DNA of 60,887 bases, counting the filler. It is 3 parts of 3 records of this genome, joined end to end, with 100 filler letters (N's around TTAATTAATTAA, not from the genome) between each part and the next. Parts side by side here need not be neighbours in the genome. Positions count along the whole stretch, not along the records: positions 31,848 to 54,426 come from SRR20825019_465; 2 more parts are not named here. One strand, written 5' to 3'. Below, piece by piece: positions 36,601 to 48,500 of this stretch; positions within the stretch are counted from its first letter, which is position 1, and every line of letters begins with the position of its first letter. A model generated the notes under the pieces. It worked only from the letters and a program-made list of their open reading frames with translations, was not told the origin of the DNA and did not search any database. A program made the translations under genes and the position numbers.

Positions 36601-39153
36601 ACCACTACCAGAGCTGAATGGTCGATCATCGACGTCGGAGGAGGAGGATGACGAGGACAATACTACTAGTGCACTGGAGGCCATACGGCCCTCCATAGAC
36701 ATCGATCCTCCCCCTCCTGAGGCACGCCCACGGCGGCTACCCTTCTCGTCGTGACTACCCCTGCGACGACACGAGTGGTGCTTTTCGTCGTCCTTAGTGA
36801 AGATCACATCGAGTAGAGAGAGGGGCTCTCTAACCCCTCCTACTTTAGAGGGGGTTGTTGGGACCTCTCGACTTATATCACTGGCTGTAGTTGGGCGAAG
36901 CATAGAGGCGGATGCAGGGCGGGGAGGTATAGAGCTTGAGGAGGGTCGAGCCAGTAGTGGCCCATAAAGCCGAACCAACTCCTCATGTTGCTTTTGAACG
37001 TGTGCTTCCCGTTGAAAATGCTTCCTATCGTTGACATGCTGCACGTACCAGTCATCCTCCCCACTTTCAAAATCATCATTGTCGTGGTGGGAAGTATGGG
37101 TAGGGATACCATCTCCATCGAACGCATCTTCATCTTCACCCTCTGTGGACGAGATGAGTTCAGCAAAGGAGGTCACACCGTCCTCCTCCTCCCAGTTATC
37201 GTCCATGTGATCGTCGTCATCAGCATCGTGGTGAGTGATAGAAGTATGGGTGTCATGATGAGGACTGTCGTGATCAGCAGTGAAGAAGCTCTCCCCCATC
37301 ACCTCCTCATTGGCCAAACTATCCATAAAATTGCCAGCAGGCGATGAAAGCCCCTTTTGTTGTTGTTGGTGACGACGCTGGCGGTTGTGGCGTCGGGAGG
37401 TGGATGAGGATTTCTTGGAATTGGTTCGTTTAGTAGATGAGGATACACGCTTACCGCTGCGGCTGCCATTGTCTAGAATCGACACGCCAGATAGTCGAAT
37501 TCTCTCCTTCTCGTGTTCTGCTTCCTCCCGCTCCAAGTCGTCCAAAACCCCTCTATACCTGACCAGCATGACGTGGGCAGCATCGAGCTGCTCCCATTCA
37601 ACATTTATAGGCTTACTACTACCACATGAAGCTGCTGATGCGGGACGTGAATGCTGAGTCAATTTCTTGAGTGACACCCTACTACTAGGACGTCTGTCCT
37701 GTAGTACCAAAGTTGTGCGAGTAGCGGAGGCTGTGATAGTTGTTGTTGAGTCAGCCGTCTTGGGTCTAAATATAGATGGTGGGGCGGTAAGGGTTGCGAT
37801 GGGGGGGAGGCGGCCATGGTGTTGGGACTGGTACTTGGAGGGCTTTGTAGTTGGGGATGTACCAGCAGCTGATACCTGATGCCCATCCGCCGCAGCGACA
37901 GTAGTAGGAGCAGTTGTATCGCCCTGATGATGCTTTTGGTCGCTCACATCGGCATGGAGGTTGAGGCGGGATGCCTTCCTCGACTGGAACACCTCCTCGG
38001 CATGTATAGCCCTCCTTTGATGAACATCGTTGCTATTGAGCATGACGGGTGTAAGGTCGTGGTTAAGCACAGGGGCAGCATACTTTAGTATTAAGGGGGA
38101 TGGGGCCTGATCTAGCTTATGAAGATGTGCGGCCCACAGCTCCCTCTCAACTGCCTGTACACCCGCCTCGAAGGCAACACTACCCCACTGCGGACCTCCT
38201 CTAAGAGAGTTCTGCTTCATGGTCTCCACAGCAGCAGTATGTAGGTCGGTCTTAGTAATACGGTCTCGGACGCCCTCCAATGGTTCATCATCACCTGTAT
38301 CGGAGGATGACGAATCATTCTCAACATCGCCACGAGATGAAGATGAGGATGAAGATGAAGAGTGAGTAATAGTAGTTGCAGTGGGTACAGTTTTCTGAAG
38401 GAGGGATGTCATTCGTTTTGAGTAGTGCGATCCAGATGGTCGATCCTCAGTGGGCACTCCTCTAGTGGTGCGCACATCCTCGAGGAAGTGGAGGTGTTGG
38501 CACCGCTCCACTTTTTTATGTACCAACTCTGCCAACCTGTGTTCATGCTTTGCCATTTCTAATAAGAATCCTGATCGGTCTTCTGATACCAATACCTTGG
38601 TTTGTCTACTGAGTTCCAGCTCCTGTATTTTAGCAAGGACGTCGTGGCTGCTCATTGATCTACTACGGGGGTCTTGGGGACCACCACCAGCCCCACTGCC
38701 AAAGGGGTGTAGGAACCCCGATACACTAGAGGCTGGGGAAGACGATCCGGGATGGTGTTGGTGTTGGCCTGCGGGGGCGTACTCCGCCAACCCTCCACCT
38801 CCAGAAGTTGGGGTTGGTGCGTGGATACTAAGTCTACCCTGAGAGGTTGGTGGTGGTGGTGTAACGACAGGAAAGAGGCTGTAGGTGGTTGTGGAGTCAT
38901 CTTGGCTGAAGGACGCCCCAGAGGGTGCTGGTGTTGCCCCACCTCCACCACCTCCACCAACAGCTGTCGATGATGATGCTGGGGGGTCGACGGTGGTTGA
39001 TCGCAGCTGGTAGTGGGTAGGAGTCGAGATGGAGTCGTATTGGGTGATAGTGAAGGGGAACATATCACTGTCATCATTATCGTCACCGAACAGGGTCGCA
39101 TTGTGCTCCACAACGAAGCCTAACTGCTGAACAGGTGATGATGAGGAAGCCAT
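33652..39153 (-). CDS. Large low-complexity protein with C-terminal IQ motif
   Basis: Open frame of more than 1800 codons, rich in S/T/G/H/P runs, with CATTIQRAFRKWM near the end. Likely start is MASSSSP at 39153. Confidence 0.8.
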   Translation of the reverse strand: MASSSSPVQQLGFVVEHNATLFGDDNDDSDMFPFTITQYDSISTPTHYQLRSTTVDPPASSSTAVGGGGGGGATPAPSGASFSQDDSTTTYSLFPVVTPPPPTSQGRLSIHAPTPTSGGGGLAEYAPAGQHQHHPGSSSPASSVSGFLHPFGSGAGGGPQDPRSRSMSSHDVLAKIQELELSRQTKVLVSEDRSGFLLEMAKHEHRLAELVHKKVERCQHLHFLEDVRTTRGVPTEDRPSGSHYSKRMTSLLQKTVPTATTITHSSSSSSSSSRGDVENDSSSSDTGDDEPLEGVRDRITKTDLHTAAVETMKQNSLRGGPQWGSVAFEAGVQAVERELWAAHLHKLDQAPSPLILKYAAPVLNHDLTPVMLNSNDVHQRRAIHAEEVFQSRKASRLNLHADVSDQKHHQGDTTAPTTVAAADGHQVSAAGTSPTTKPSKYQSQHHGRLPPIATLTAPPSIFRPKTADSTTTITASATRTTLVLQDRRPSSRVSLKKLTQHSRPASAASCGSSKPINVEWEQLDAAHVMLVRYRGVLDDLEREEAEHEKERIRLSGVSILDNGSRSGKRVSSSTKRTNSKKSSSTSRRHNRQRRHQQQQKGLSSPAGNFMDSLANEEVMGESFFTADHDSPHHDTHTSITHHDADDDDHMDDNWEEEDGVTSFAELISSTEGEDEDAFDGDGIPTHTSHHDNDDFESGEDDWYVQHVNDRKHFQREAHVQKQHEELVRLYGPLLARPSSSSIPPRPASASMLRPTTASDISREVPTTPSKVGGVREPLSLLDVIFTKDDEKHHSCRRRGSHDEKGSRRGRASGGGGSMSMEGRMASSALVVLSSSSSSSDVDDRPFSSGSGRGTMMTRRDVFSSDCNDGGGVVGIVASPTVEYRSSILIPQHLSASDLSHIRPPSSSIKTPTPKQARLQERGRLPPMRSALGAEGGRLSPSLTSHHHAPPPPMPVSSRHRPQSSAARVVVPPSPTHTTATAGGTDNTRSMRVNKAPKKITRPWSADGRVTSTYWRNWSAMKKLEDLEKSREAATRPNSRGYWHNTDDTTTTTTTSLPPTPNTSSGRPKSSGRLGSSSSAQKPPRPATSSARVSAHPSRGTAMSGVSGAVVNSIRLDGMDEEEYAISNTTVKPHSSGLPPRPQSTGTQKNVRFATDDYSPPPPTNKGRPTSSSGNNAAPTYRSVPQLMGRSPIDTTTTIDAATAPAMNSTSSLQFQHTDGNDMSGFMRGSALEVLALVDDSDGGGSDRKVGDLSIGSVDINSSSEQQLPGRGGPLSAHDASPLSPPRTAPHGSSKASTNTTNVVPPPQSRFVLQKRLPSRVSSAPANRAIGTTSTSPQQHQPPKTSHGFPTSTTSTPVRITTSATPATPQARPSSAAAHLNAVCRRKLDELEGMPLDLFRARERVSNNPNISSAATNVLLSGQGCGGGGGEDLAVLLHAEAGRKAFYDQLLQGVKRDRDAVYDSYRPTHVFDSEGGVVPRTYQSTLQARALSLGIDAIKMGVELKLLRFDEARSSSTLSPSMDALKEEAQARSEFLRASALVIRTGRIPAASRMLSTPTNTIVDIKTTANEDTTVKSTPSAASAPPKVEGTMRAQPTPKGDTACSPLLSPTFNDRQDYALIRSYAHQLTPNIFLRSPAQLRDLTVITTPRSIKDSTAKAPEDPFMSLVNTFVSDEMRHMEQEDDVDDESPENHNHNQEQPNATPSSPSSPVYSVATSSKRLKATIVDAERRYLEVLNMLSASNLDLQRRCATTIQRAFRKWMATWSDEDSYTDEEGEDVPGTRVDPNPATTSSPQLSPTSEGHDFDERNDDISSFSMDDEFGDDITAALTSPPW

Positions 39154-39509
39154 AATAAATATATGGAAGGTATTTTGGTGGTGTGGGTGAGCGTAATGGA
39201 GTAGTACAAAGTGAAAAAGTTGTATGCTGTTGTTGTGAAGTAAAGTATTTTCGGAGTGAACCTTAAAAGTGAGAGGTGAATTTCTTTCAACTATACTTCT
39301 TTTAAAATTGAAAAAGGTGGATAACATTGGAAAAGATACATGAAAAATGCAACAGACTTTAAAATGCATCAGACAGCGATATTAAAATAAAATAGGTTCG
39401 TTACATTGAATGTTGGATGATATTTGATGATTTGTACACTGTTGTTTGTGGTGATAGGCATATACTGGCGTATATGTAGAGTAGATAGATAAGACTACTA
39501 CTTACTTAC

Positions 39510-42500
39510 TTACTTACCTATTCTAGCTCTAGCACTGCTTGCCTTGTTGTTGCCACTACTAGGAGGCACAGGTCCGCCACCGCTACCACCCCCAGTTTTC
39601 ATGTTGTAGGTGGATAAGGCCGTGATGTTACTACCAGGTCGTTTGTAGGAGGTGTCACCCTCTGTACGATTCATATGGGAGGATTCTACTGCAGACTGGC
39701 GATTCCTAGAAGTTGTCAGTAGCTTTACCCAAGCCTGCTCTCTTGCAACAGCCACCTCCTTGACACTCTCCATCCCAAAGCCGATCTTTCCACCTCCATC
39801 ACGATCAGTCCGTTTAGGCTTGGGGGGTACAGTAGCCCCCTCCAGTGGCAACTCACTGTGGATTCGATCTACCCATATTGGCTGTTGGCCATTAACATGG
39901 GGGGAAACCACGGGTGCTGAGGGAGGAGCACCACTTCCGCTTCCAGAGCCGAGGATGTAGTTCATCAGGCGCTGGTTCTCTTGATTATGTTTGAGTTGGC
40001 GGGCGCTAATCTTCACAGTAGCTGTTGTGCCCTGTTGGTGAGATATTGGGACAGCAGGGGCAGTAGGGGTAGTTGGGGTAGTGTCCTTGAAAGTAGTAAG
40101 GGCAAATTGATGGTGGGCCTGATCCAACTCCTGAGGACTAAGCTGGAAGCTGGGGAGGTTAAGCACAGTTCGGTTGGCATCCGACGAGACGAGGCCCCCT
40201 AAGGATATTCTACCTAGTGACGACACATCCTTACCTGTAATGGTGTGTAGGTACCTACCAATGTCTCCTACTAGTGTATCCTCCTCTATAGGCGGTAGTG
40301 TGAGGAAATACTCCCTCTCTCTGACAGTCAAATCGGCAAGGGTATCTGCGGATAGCCATCGGGGCTCGGATGGGTCGGCGATAAGCTTGGAGCGGAGCTG
40401 GGAGGCGGTTGAGGCAGCGACGGGGGGTGGGCGGGGGAGGTACGCAATATTCTTGTTGAGTGCGCCTCCTATCTCATCGTCTTTGTGACGACTTCCTGCC
40501 GCATCTGTACTACCACCACCCACAGCACCAAAGCAACTAAGTTGAGAGGATTTCTGGAGCTCGGTGTGCTCGCTCAAAAGGTGTGCTAGAGCGGTTTCCA
40601 TGAGACGTTGGCTGACGTCCTTATTGTGGATTTCGAGTGGATCATTTTCATCTACCTCATCAAATAACTTAGAGGACTCTGAGAAGAGGGCAGAGGCTGG
40701 AAGGGACTTAAGCACGGATGCCGCAATTACACTGGAGCGTCGACGTTCCGCCTGGAGGTGCTCTCGTCGAAGCCCCTCTGCTCGCTCTAAAAGAGTCGCC
40801 ATGGAGGGGATAGTATTATTACCACCCGCTGGGGTCGGTACCCCTGAGGACGACCGCTGTGATTGTGAAAGTCGGAGCGATGAGTTAGCTGCTGGGATGG
40901 CACTGGTACCGAAGACGCTGGATCGACCCAATCGAGGCGACATTCCTCCTTCAAGATCCCCACCTCCTCCAGCAGCCTGCGCTCTCATTTCCATATTAGC
41001 CGTGCTATGTACGTATATCGGCCCCTTGATATTCTTGAGTAGCTGCAATGCCCTATCAGGTGTCTCCCACAGGGATACCTTACCAAGCAGCTCATCCTCT
41101 ACACTGCCCATGTGGTCAAATGCCCGACGTGTTCTGGGGGTGGGGACCATGCCTGATGCTGAAGCAGAGGCCACTGGCATGATGGAGGACGGGTCAGCCG
41201 TCGACTCGAGAAAGAGGGACGATTCTCCACCAACACCGACACCACCACAAAACACGTTACTTCCAGCACCTCCTGTTGTAAATGGTGATGCTGCAGTGAG
41301 CTCCTTATCGATGCGATCTCTGCGCTTATCCAGTGCTTCCTTTTTAATTCGATCGGCCTCCTTCACAATAAGGGTCGAGAAGGCTAGCATGGTATTCTGG
41401 GTGGATAGGGGAGGAGGACCACCGCCACCAATGGTAGTGTTGGCTTGAGATAGGGAGCCGGCAGAGATACCACCCTCCCCCTCAACAACAGGGTCCTGGT
41501 GGGGGTTGATGGTGGTAGTAGTGGAAGACGGCGGGGTATCGTTTTGCCCGAATGCACCCCTTGAGCGGTGAGTATTGAAGGTGGAACGTAGGGGTGGGGC
41601 GTCGTCCTCCTCCCCATCCAGTACCTTGACCTCCTGGTCATTGAGGAGCTGAACCGACAGTCGACGACGCTCCTTAGCTTGCAGCATCCGAGCAGCTACC
41701 TCCGCAGTAAGGATGAATGATCCCACCCCGACCGAGTTGGGAACAGACTCGCCCTTCTTCTCACTATCATCTAATTCTCGGAGGCGTTTCACGTGAACGG
41801 GACGACGAAGGAGTCGGGCAGCCTTGTACACTGCAGCAGGGAATAGCAACTCGGATCCATCTCCCAGACGATTGGTTGGCAAGTTCATCAACTCCTTCTG
41901 AGTGGCTCTGCGATTACGCCTCGAGGTGACACACTTCTCTTGTACCAAAGAACGAGCCCTTTGTCGACGGCGCTGCTTTTCTCGTTCTTCCTCTTTTTCC
42001 TCCATTTCTACCGCCTCGAGTGCTTTTTCGGACACCAGCATCATGGCTGCGAATTTGGCACCAACAGTCCCCTCATCTTCCCCAAGACTTGCGGTAGCGG
42101 ACTCTTGTTTTTGGGATTTACTACTTCGTAGTGATGCACTTCGTTGCTTCTCACGTTCCTCATCAAGAGCCTTGCCTCTCTTCTTAGCCGATACCGTCTC
42201 AGCAAGATTACGGTGTGTACTAGCCCTCGCAGATAGCAATACTAGTGTATCTGCTGTTGTAGGTGGTAGTTTAGAGAGACCACCCCTTCTTGGAGAAGCT
42301 GCTACTACACCACCAATAGATGGAAGGAAAGACGGACTAGCCGACGACCCAACACCATTATTTTTAGGAGAGTTGGCATCCTTTCGTCGAATACTGACGA
42401 TTCCATGTTTTGATGGTGGTGATGACCGTGGGGAGGATAGCAGTAGAGGGAGGGAGCTAGGGGTAGGGAGGTGTTCACTACAGCTATCATCGGGGCCCAG

Positions 42501-45500
42501 CATTGGTAGATCATCGTCCATGATGGGTTGGTAGAAGGTGTCATCAAGGGGTACCAGCGCCCCAAGAGAAAGGGGTGGCATGTACGGCATTTTGGTGGTT
42601 GGTTGTTGCTTCTTGTTGTTAGTAGTACTATTGCTGTTGTCGAAGGAAGTGGAGAGGTACTTCAGTGGGGCCCCCCTTCTGGGGGTAGTAGTGGATAGTG
42701 CTCCTCCACCACGAATAGGTGGTAGTCCGACATCCACCGTACGAGGAGTAGTGGAAGGGGTCATAGTCTGCAGAGGTCGGGGAGCTCCCTGCTGGGACGG
42801 AGAGAAGGATGCATGTCCAGCAGTAGTGTAATGGTCATCATTATCATCGAACCCTCCGGCTGATGCAAACTTCGCCTTTACCATCATAGCGTAAATATCG
42901 TTTTCAAGACGCTTCTTTACAATTGATGCTTGGCCCCGATCCACGACATGGAAGCGGCGTACATCTCGTAGTAGCTGGGAGCGTTCGTACTTTTCTTGAT
43001 CAGAGAGGAGCACTGCATCCTCCGCCGCAGAGACACCCAACATTTGATCTGGGCCCATATGATCACCACCACCACCAGCTGTCTTAGTCCTTCTAACTCC
43101 GAGGAATTCCAACATGCGGGCATCCACGTCCCGGAGGGGTACTTTCCCGACACCACCACCATTCCCACCACCGCCAGCATAGGATGTGGAAGAGGTGATT
43201 GAGTGGTTACCCATTTCCATTGAAGCATCAATAGTAATTGTAGCAGTATTACCGCCACCTAGCGTATCGAGAAGATTGGGTAGCTGCAATGAGGTGCTGG
43301 TATTATTAAAACTGGTGTTAGGCTGCTGATCGTGATGGTGTTGTTGGTTGTGGTGGGATGAGACATACAGAGAAGAAGACGTGCGGAACATCGAGGCAGC
43401 ATTGCTCTTATTATTATTGGTGTTACCACCATGGCGGGGGCTGCGGAGGATCGTCGACGCCTTACGTTGTTGGAAGGCTAACCTCTCCTTATTGGCCCTT
43501 GAGCGGTCATTGAGGATTTGGGTAATACGCAACAGCTCCGCAGTGACTGCCTCCTTGGATACCCCATCGTGTTGCATTCCCGTCTTTATCTCATTCATAG
43601 CCTCTATGGCTATCATCGCCCCACCCCCAATGCCCCCTAGCACATTGACCGAAGAGCTGATAAGTAAGTCATTGATTGTAACGTCCACGAAGGGGGCGGT
43701 CTTGGCATCTGTCAGTATCTGACCCTCTGGTAGGTGCTGGGTGTCCCACTTACTAAATCGTAGGTATTTACTGTGTTCGACGGTATCAACGATAAAGCAC
43801 GTAATAGTCTCTGAAACGGGCTCTCCACCAGCAGTAGTAGTATTAGTACCCCCATCATTGTCACCACCACCAGCGACAGCAGCATCCTCCAATTCACCTG
43901 AACTGTTGAGTATCACTGAAGTAGCCATACCATTGTTGTTTTCATCATCTTGATCACAAACTCCAGGGTGGAGGGTTAATGTGGGTATGAGGGGTACTGA
44001 AGTAGGGGGTAGGGGGGCAGCGACGACGACCGGTGGGGGTGGGGTGATAGCAAAGAGTAGTATCACGGTCCCTTTGGTGGCATCACCAGCGCGGCCTGGA
44101 ACATTGACAGCGGAGCAGATCTTGGTACCCCTAAGTAGATGCGGCATGAAACCGTTGGCATAGGCAACATTATTATTACTAGGGACGGAGGTGTTGTTGG
44201 TGGGTGGAGCAGACATGGGGCCAAGGTTTGGAGTCGACAGCGTTGGCGCTCCATCACCACCACCAAAGGAGGATCGACGGCTAGTCGGTAGGCTACCCCT
44301 CTCGTTTGATAGGGGGGAGGCATTGTTGGCAACCAGGGTGTTGGCAGACTCTGTGACCTCCACCAGAGGGGCTCCCTCGAGATGCAGAAGTGGCTTCAAA
44401 GAGGGGGTTGTGTTGTTGGTATCCCCACTACTACTAGCATCCACTGCAAAAGTGGTGGTAACGATGCGGTTGTTGTGATTGGTAGTGGCTGTGGTGGTAT
44501 GGTTGTTGGTGTTGTTGCTGCCAGTCTCGTCACCAGAGGAGTTGGTTGTTGTGCCGACGAAGGGGCTAGCACTACGGCTAGGATTTCTAGAGCCCTGATT
44601 GCTGCTGGTAATGATGTTCTTAATACTACCACCTCGACCAATGGTTCCACCCCCAGCACCGCCGCCGCCAACATGGGACTGCTTCCTATTCAGGCCTCCC
44701 ACTCTGAAGGTAGCCCGTCGCTTGTCGGGGGAAGGTGATGAACCTCCACCACCAGCTTTATTACTCACACCCTTACGTCCGACAACTTGTGTGGAGGCAT
44801 CAGTAAGGGGTACACCCGTGGCTAGCATGTTGAACACATCCACCTCCACCCCAGGCTCGGCAAGACAGAAGGCACCTCTCCACCTCTTGAACTCCTTGGG
44901 GGGCATCCCCGTCGACTGACGACGGGCAGAGGCGTCGATCTTGGCCTGGGTATCAACCTCAAGGAATCGGGGTAGATACTTTACTTTTTGGGCAGGGGTA
45001 CCGAATCGTAGGATGAGACTACCAACGAGGGCATCTTGACGTCTTAGAGCCTCTAGTGCAATATCCTGTGGGCCATCCTTACGTTGTATCGCAGACACCA
45101 ACTCGGTCTTTTCCGCAAACTTGAGCTGTCGATGATCGCCTTGTTTTCGCATTGCTTTTATCGACATTTTGAGCTTTAGTCCAGAGGGTGGCGGTGGGGG
45201 GATATGAAGGGCAGGTGGGGCTGGTATACGGGCTGATGCAGTAGCACCACCACCGCCGGTCACATCCACATCGAACGATGCACAGTCGCTAGTACGGACA
45301 CTTCGTAGTCTCTCTACCGTCTGAGCATCGTGTAGCACCTCCCTAATAAGGGGGTCGGATATGTGACCTGTAGACCCTACGGCATACTTAGGGGGCCTCG
45401 ATACCACCTTAACGGTAGAGGAGGTTGTAGTGTTGATGTTGTTAGTATTGCTAGGTGTAGTGGTGTTGGGAGGACCACCTCCACCGAAGGAGGTACCACC

Positions 45501-48500
45501 TGCAAAACCAACGGTCCTATTGGCAAACGAAACCGATTCACCTCCCGCCCATGATGGGCTGCCCATGGATCTACTACCACCCACTCCCACCAGTGCCCTC
45601 CCACTAATACGGTTATTTGTAGTATTCAACTCTTCCATATCCGTATCGCTGTTGTCAGACCAGGCATGTAGCTCCGGGTCATCATTAATATTAATAGTAG
45701 GGGATGCAGCATCGATCACGGTGGCAGTGGTGCCATCCTCCTTTTCATCACCAGTGACGCTGTCGGGCTTAGAGCCGATCATCGACGCACTGGAGGGGGA
45801 GGCGGTAGCTTGGCTCCTATTGGTACGATGAGGCCGACTACCGCCTCCAACACCACCCTCATCGGAAGAGAACACCCCACTACTAAAGGCTGATATATCC
45901 GACTGTAGTGGTGGTGATGAATTGGTGATGTTGGCATTACCAAGAAGTTTGGGTGGAAGGAGGGCGTTGGCAAAGGGGTGGTGGTGGTTGTTTCGGGGGG
46001 AGGAGGCAGAGGAGGGTCCGCCGCTAGCAGGAGGCAGGCTACGGGTATCGTCGTTAGTCATAGAAGGCAGGTGCGGTAAGCCCCCTCCCTCTCTCCGAGT
46101 CCCATCTCCCCCAGATTCATCATTATCGGAGCCCTCCCGATCAAAGGGGGGTATATCGCTATCGAGCTCATGCTCATCGATAAACGGGGAGGCATTGTCA
46201 ACAAATGCAAGGACCTCCTCATCAGGGGCTTCAGGTGCCCAAGGCAACTCAACAAATTGAACAACCTCTGCATCGAAATCATCATTGACTGAAAATAGTT
46301 GATTTTGGAAGGTGTTTTGTATGTCGACGAGGAGACGGGGTGAAAGAGCCTCGGGTGGCTCATGTCCAGCCCTTCGTGTTGGCTTAGAAGTGAGGGTGGT
46401 TGAACGACGACGAGCGGCAACGCCACCAACAACAGCCTTACCCCCATCTTTGGTGGTATGTCCTGACGACGATGACGACGTGTTAATTGCAATTTTAGGT
46501 GGTGCCTTACGACGAAGTCCTCGTGACAGTATAAACTCTCCAAGACACCTAGGATGGGTCATCGACTCCAGTATTTGCTTCAGTACGTCTTGTACGCTAT
46601 CCGCATCGGATACAAAGGTATGGGGTTGGAAAGCCCTGCCACAGCTCAACATGCACCCCCTGGAGTACGCCTCTACTAACGAGGTAGTAGTAGATGTCGT
46701 AGTGGGAGGTGGGGTACCCTGCTGAGAGCGAGTAAAGGCACTAGTATTGATGTTGTTGTTGTTGTTGCTGACCTTGTTGTTATTGTAGGCGGCGGTGGGT
46801 GTGAAGGGGCTCTCGTCGCCAGGGGGCTGTTGGTGGGTTGGACGCATTGCCATCAGGGGGGTAAATATGGTCTCAGTGCAGAAGGGAATACCAGTAATAC
46901 CACTATCTCGAATAGCGTTGGCACACGAATCCAACTCATCACGGACAAGACCCCTAGAGGCGTTGATAAAGTCAAGGATGGCAATAGCTGGGGCCCCAAT
47001 CTGGCGACATTCATAATAACGCCTCCTATTCTCTACTAACCGCGCCTGCTCGTCCTCCTGCTCCTGGCGCTTTGTGCCAACACGCACCTTTCGGCGAGTA
47101 GGGCCTGCAGCCGCCGCCATCTCCTCCTGCTGGGATGCAAGTATAAGCTCCTTCTTGGCCTCGATATCTGCCCGCTCCTGTTGCATCGTCTCAAGAAGGG
47201 CTGCTCGCAGCTTACGCGTCGTGATGATCTCGTAGCGCTTAATAAACTGCAAGACTGCTGCACGCCGGCAGGTATCGAATAGACTAGATGCCTTCTCTGT
47301 GTGGGGTAGGACGTTCATTCGCAGTTGACTATCCCCTACACACATAAGTCCGTGGCCGTGTACCAAATCCCACATCACAACATACGTATCGGATCCACAT
47401 GTAAATACATACGGCATAGACTTCTCCATAACAGCATTGGTGGTCTCTTGGAAGACGGTCCTTAGGGAGGCAAGATGCGAGAGGCTCTGAGAGCGGGACC
47501 GTGAGGGTGAGAGGGTAGTGGTACCATCACGACCCTTAAGGGGGGAGAACATGGCCCCGGAGTGAGCAACCGATGCCCTGTGGCCCTGATGCCTAGGGGG
47601 TGTGGAGGGAGGGGTGCTACTGCTACCATGAGACCCAGTACCCCTACGGCCCTCATTAAAAGAGTGCCGGCCCACAGCATCACACTTTTGTAGGGACTCA
47701 TCGATACAGGCCGCAAGGGTCATATCGCGCTTCAAAATATTAGTTTCACCCGAGCGATTAACACGTACGATCTGTGTTACAGAGCCGTCGTGGACGCGTC
47801 TCCTTGAGAGCAGTACAAACATGTCAGCCGTGACTGTGAAGTCCTTTGTATAGGTGGTGTGACTCTGGGAGGCCGCCACCTTGCCTGGTAGGGGTGGGGC
47901 AGGGAATCCACCCTTAAGGTGCCCCACCTTAGAAAATGCAGACATAGTGGCGGGACTCGCAGCAGGGAGGGTGCTCGCAGTTCCAAATTCACTACTTTGG
48001 AGGTTCGAGGGGCCCAGACCATCTCTGGAACTCAGTGCCTCTCTAAGGGCGGATGCCTCTACGTTCCCCACAATATACCGATGAATGCTGATGGCGGACA
48101 AATACCCACTACTATCTCCAACAAGTAATATGTTCTCATCGGGCGATAGGAGGAGGGATGTGATGGCGTCTTGGGCCACAATGGGGACCTTCATACGGAA
48201 CAACTCCACATGCGTCCTACCACTCCACACCTGCAACATGCCATCACTTGAACCAGATATAACGGTGTAGGGTGCAGTGCAGGTGAGCACTATTAAGCAA
48301 TCAATGGAGGGGGCACTGTTAGCTGTTGTCACTACCTTGGGGGTAGTGTCAAGGGGGTCATCCGATGAAGCAGCGGTCTCATCCCCAAGGACCAATGTGC
48401 TTGCTCGGCTGGTGGAATCATCGCGATTATCAATATACCAGCGTTGGGAGGAGATGGGGTCGCGGCATGGAGACCCAAGGAACACTGAAGACGTGCAGAC

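Noticed and set aside
39495-39518. (TAAG)n run over the stop codon of the giant WD40 gene
   Set aside because: A short microsatellite with no evidence of function.
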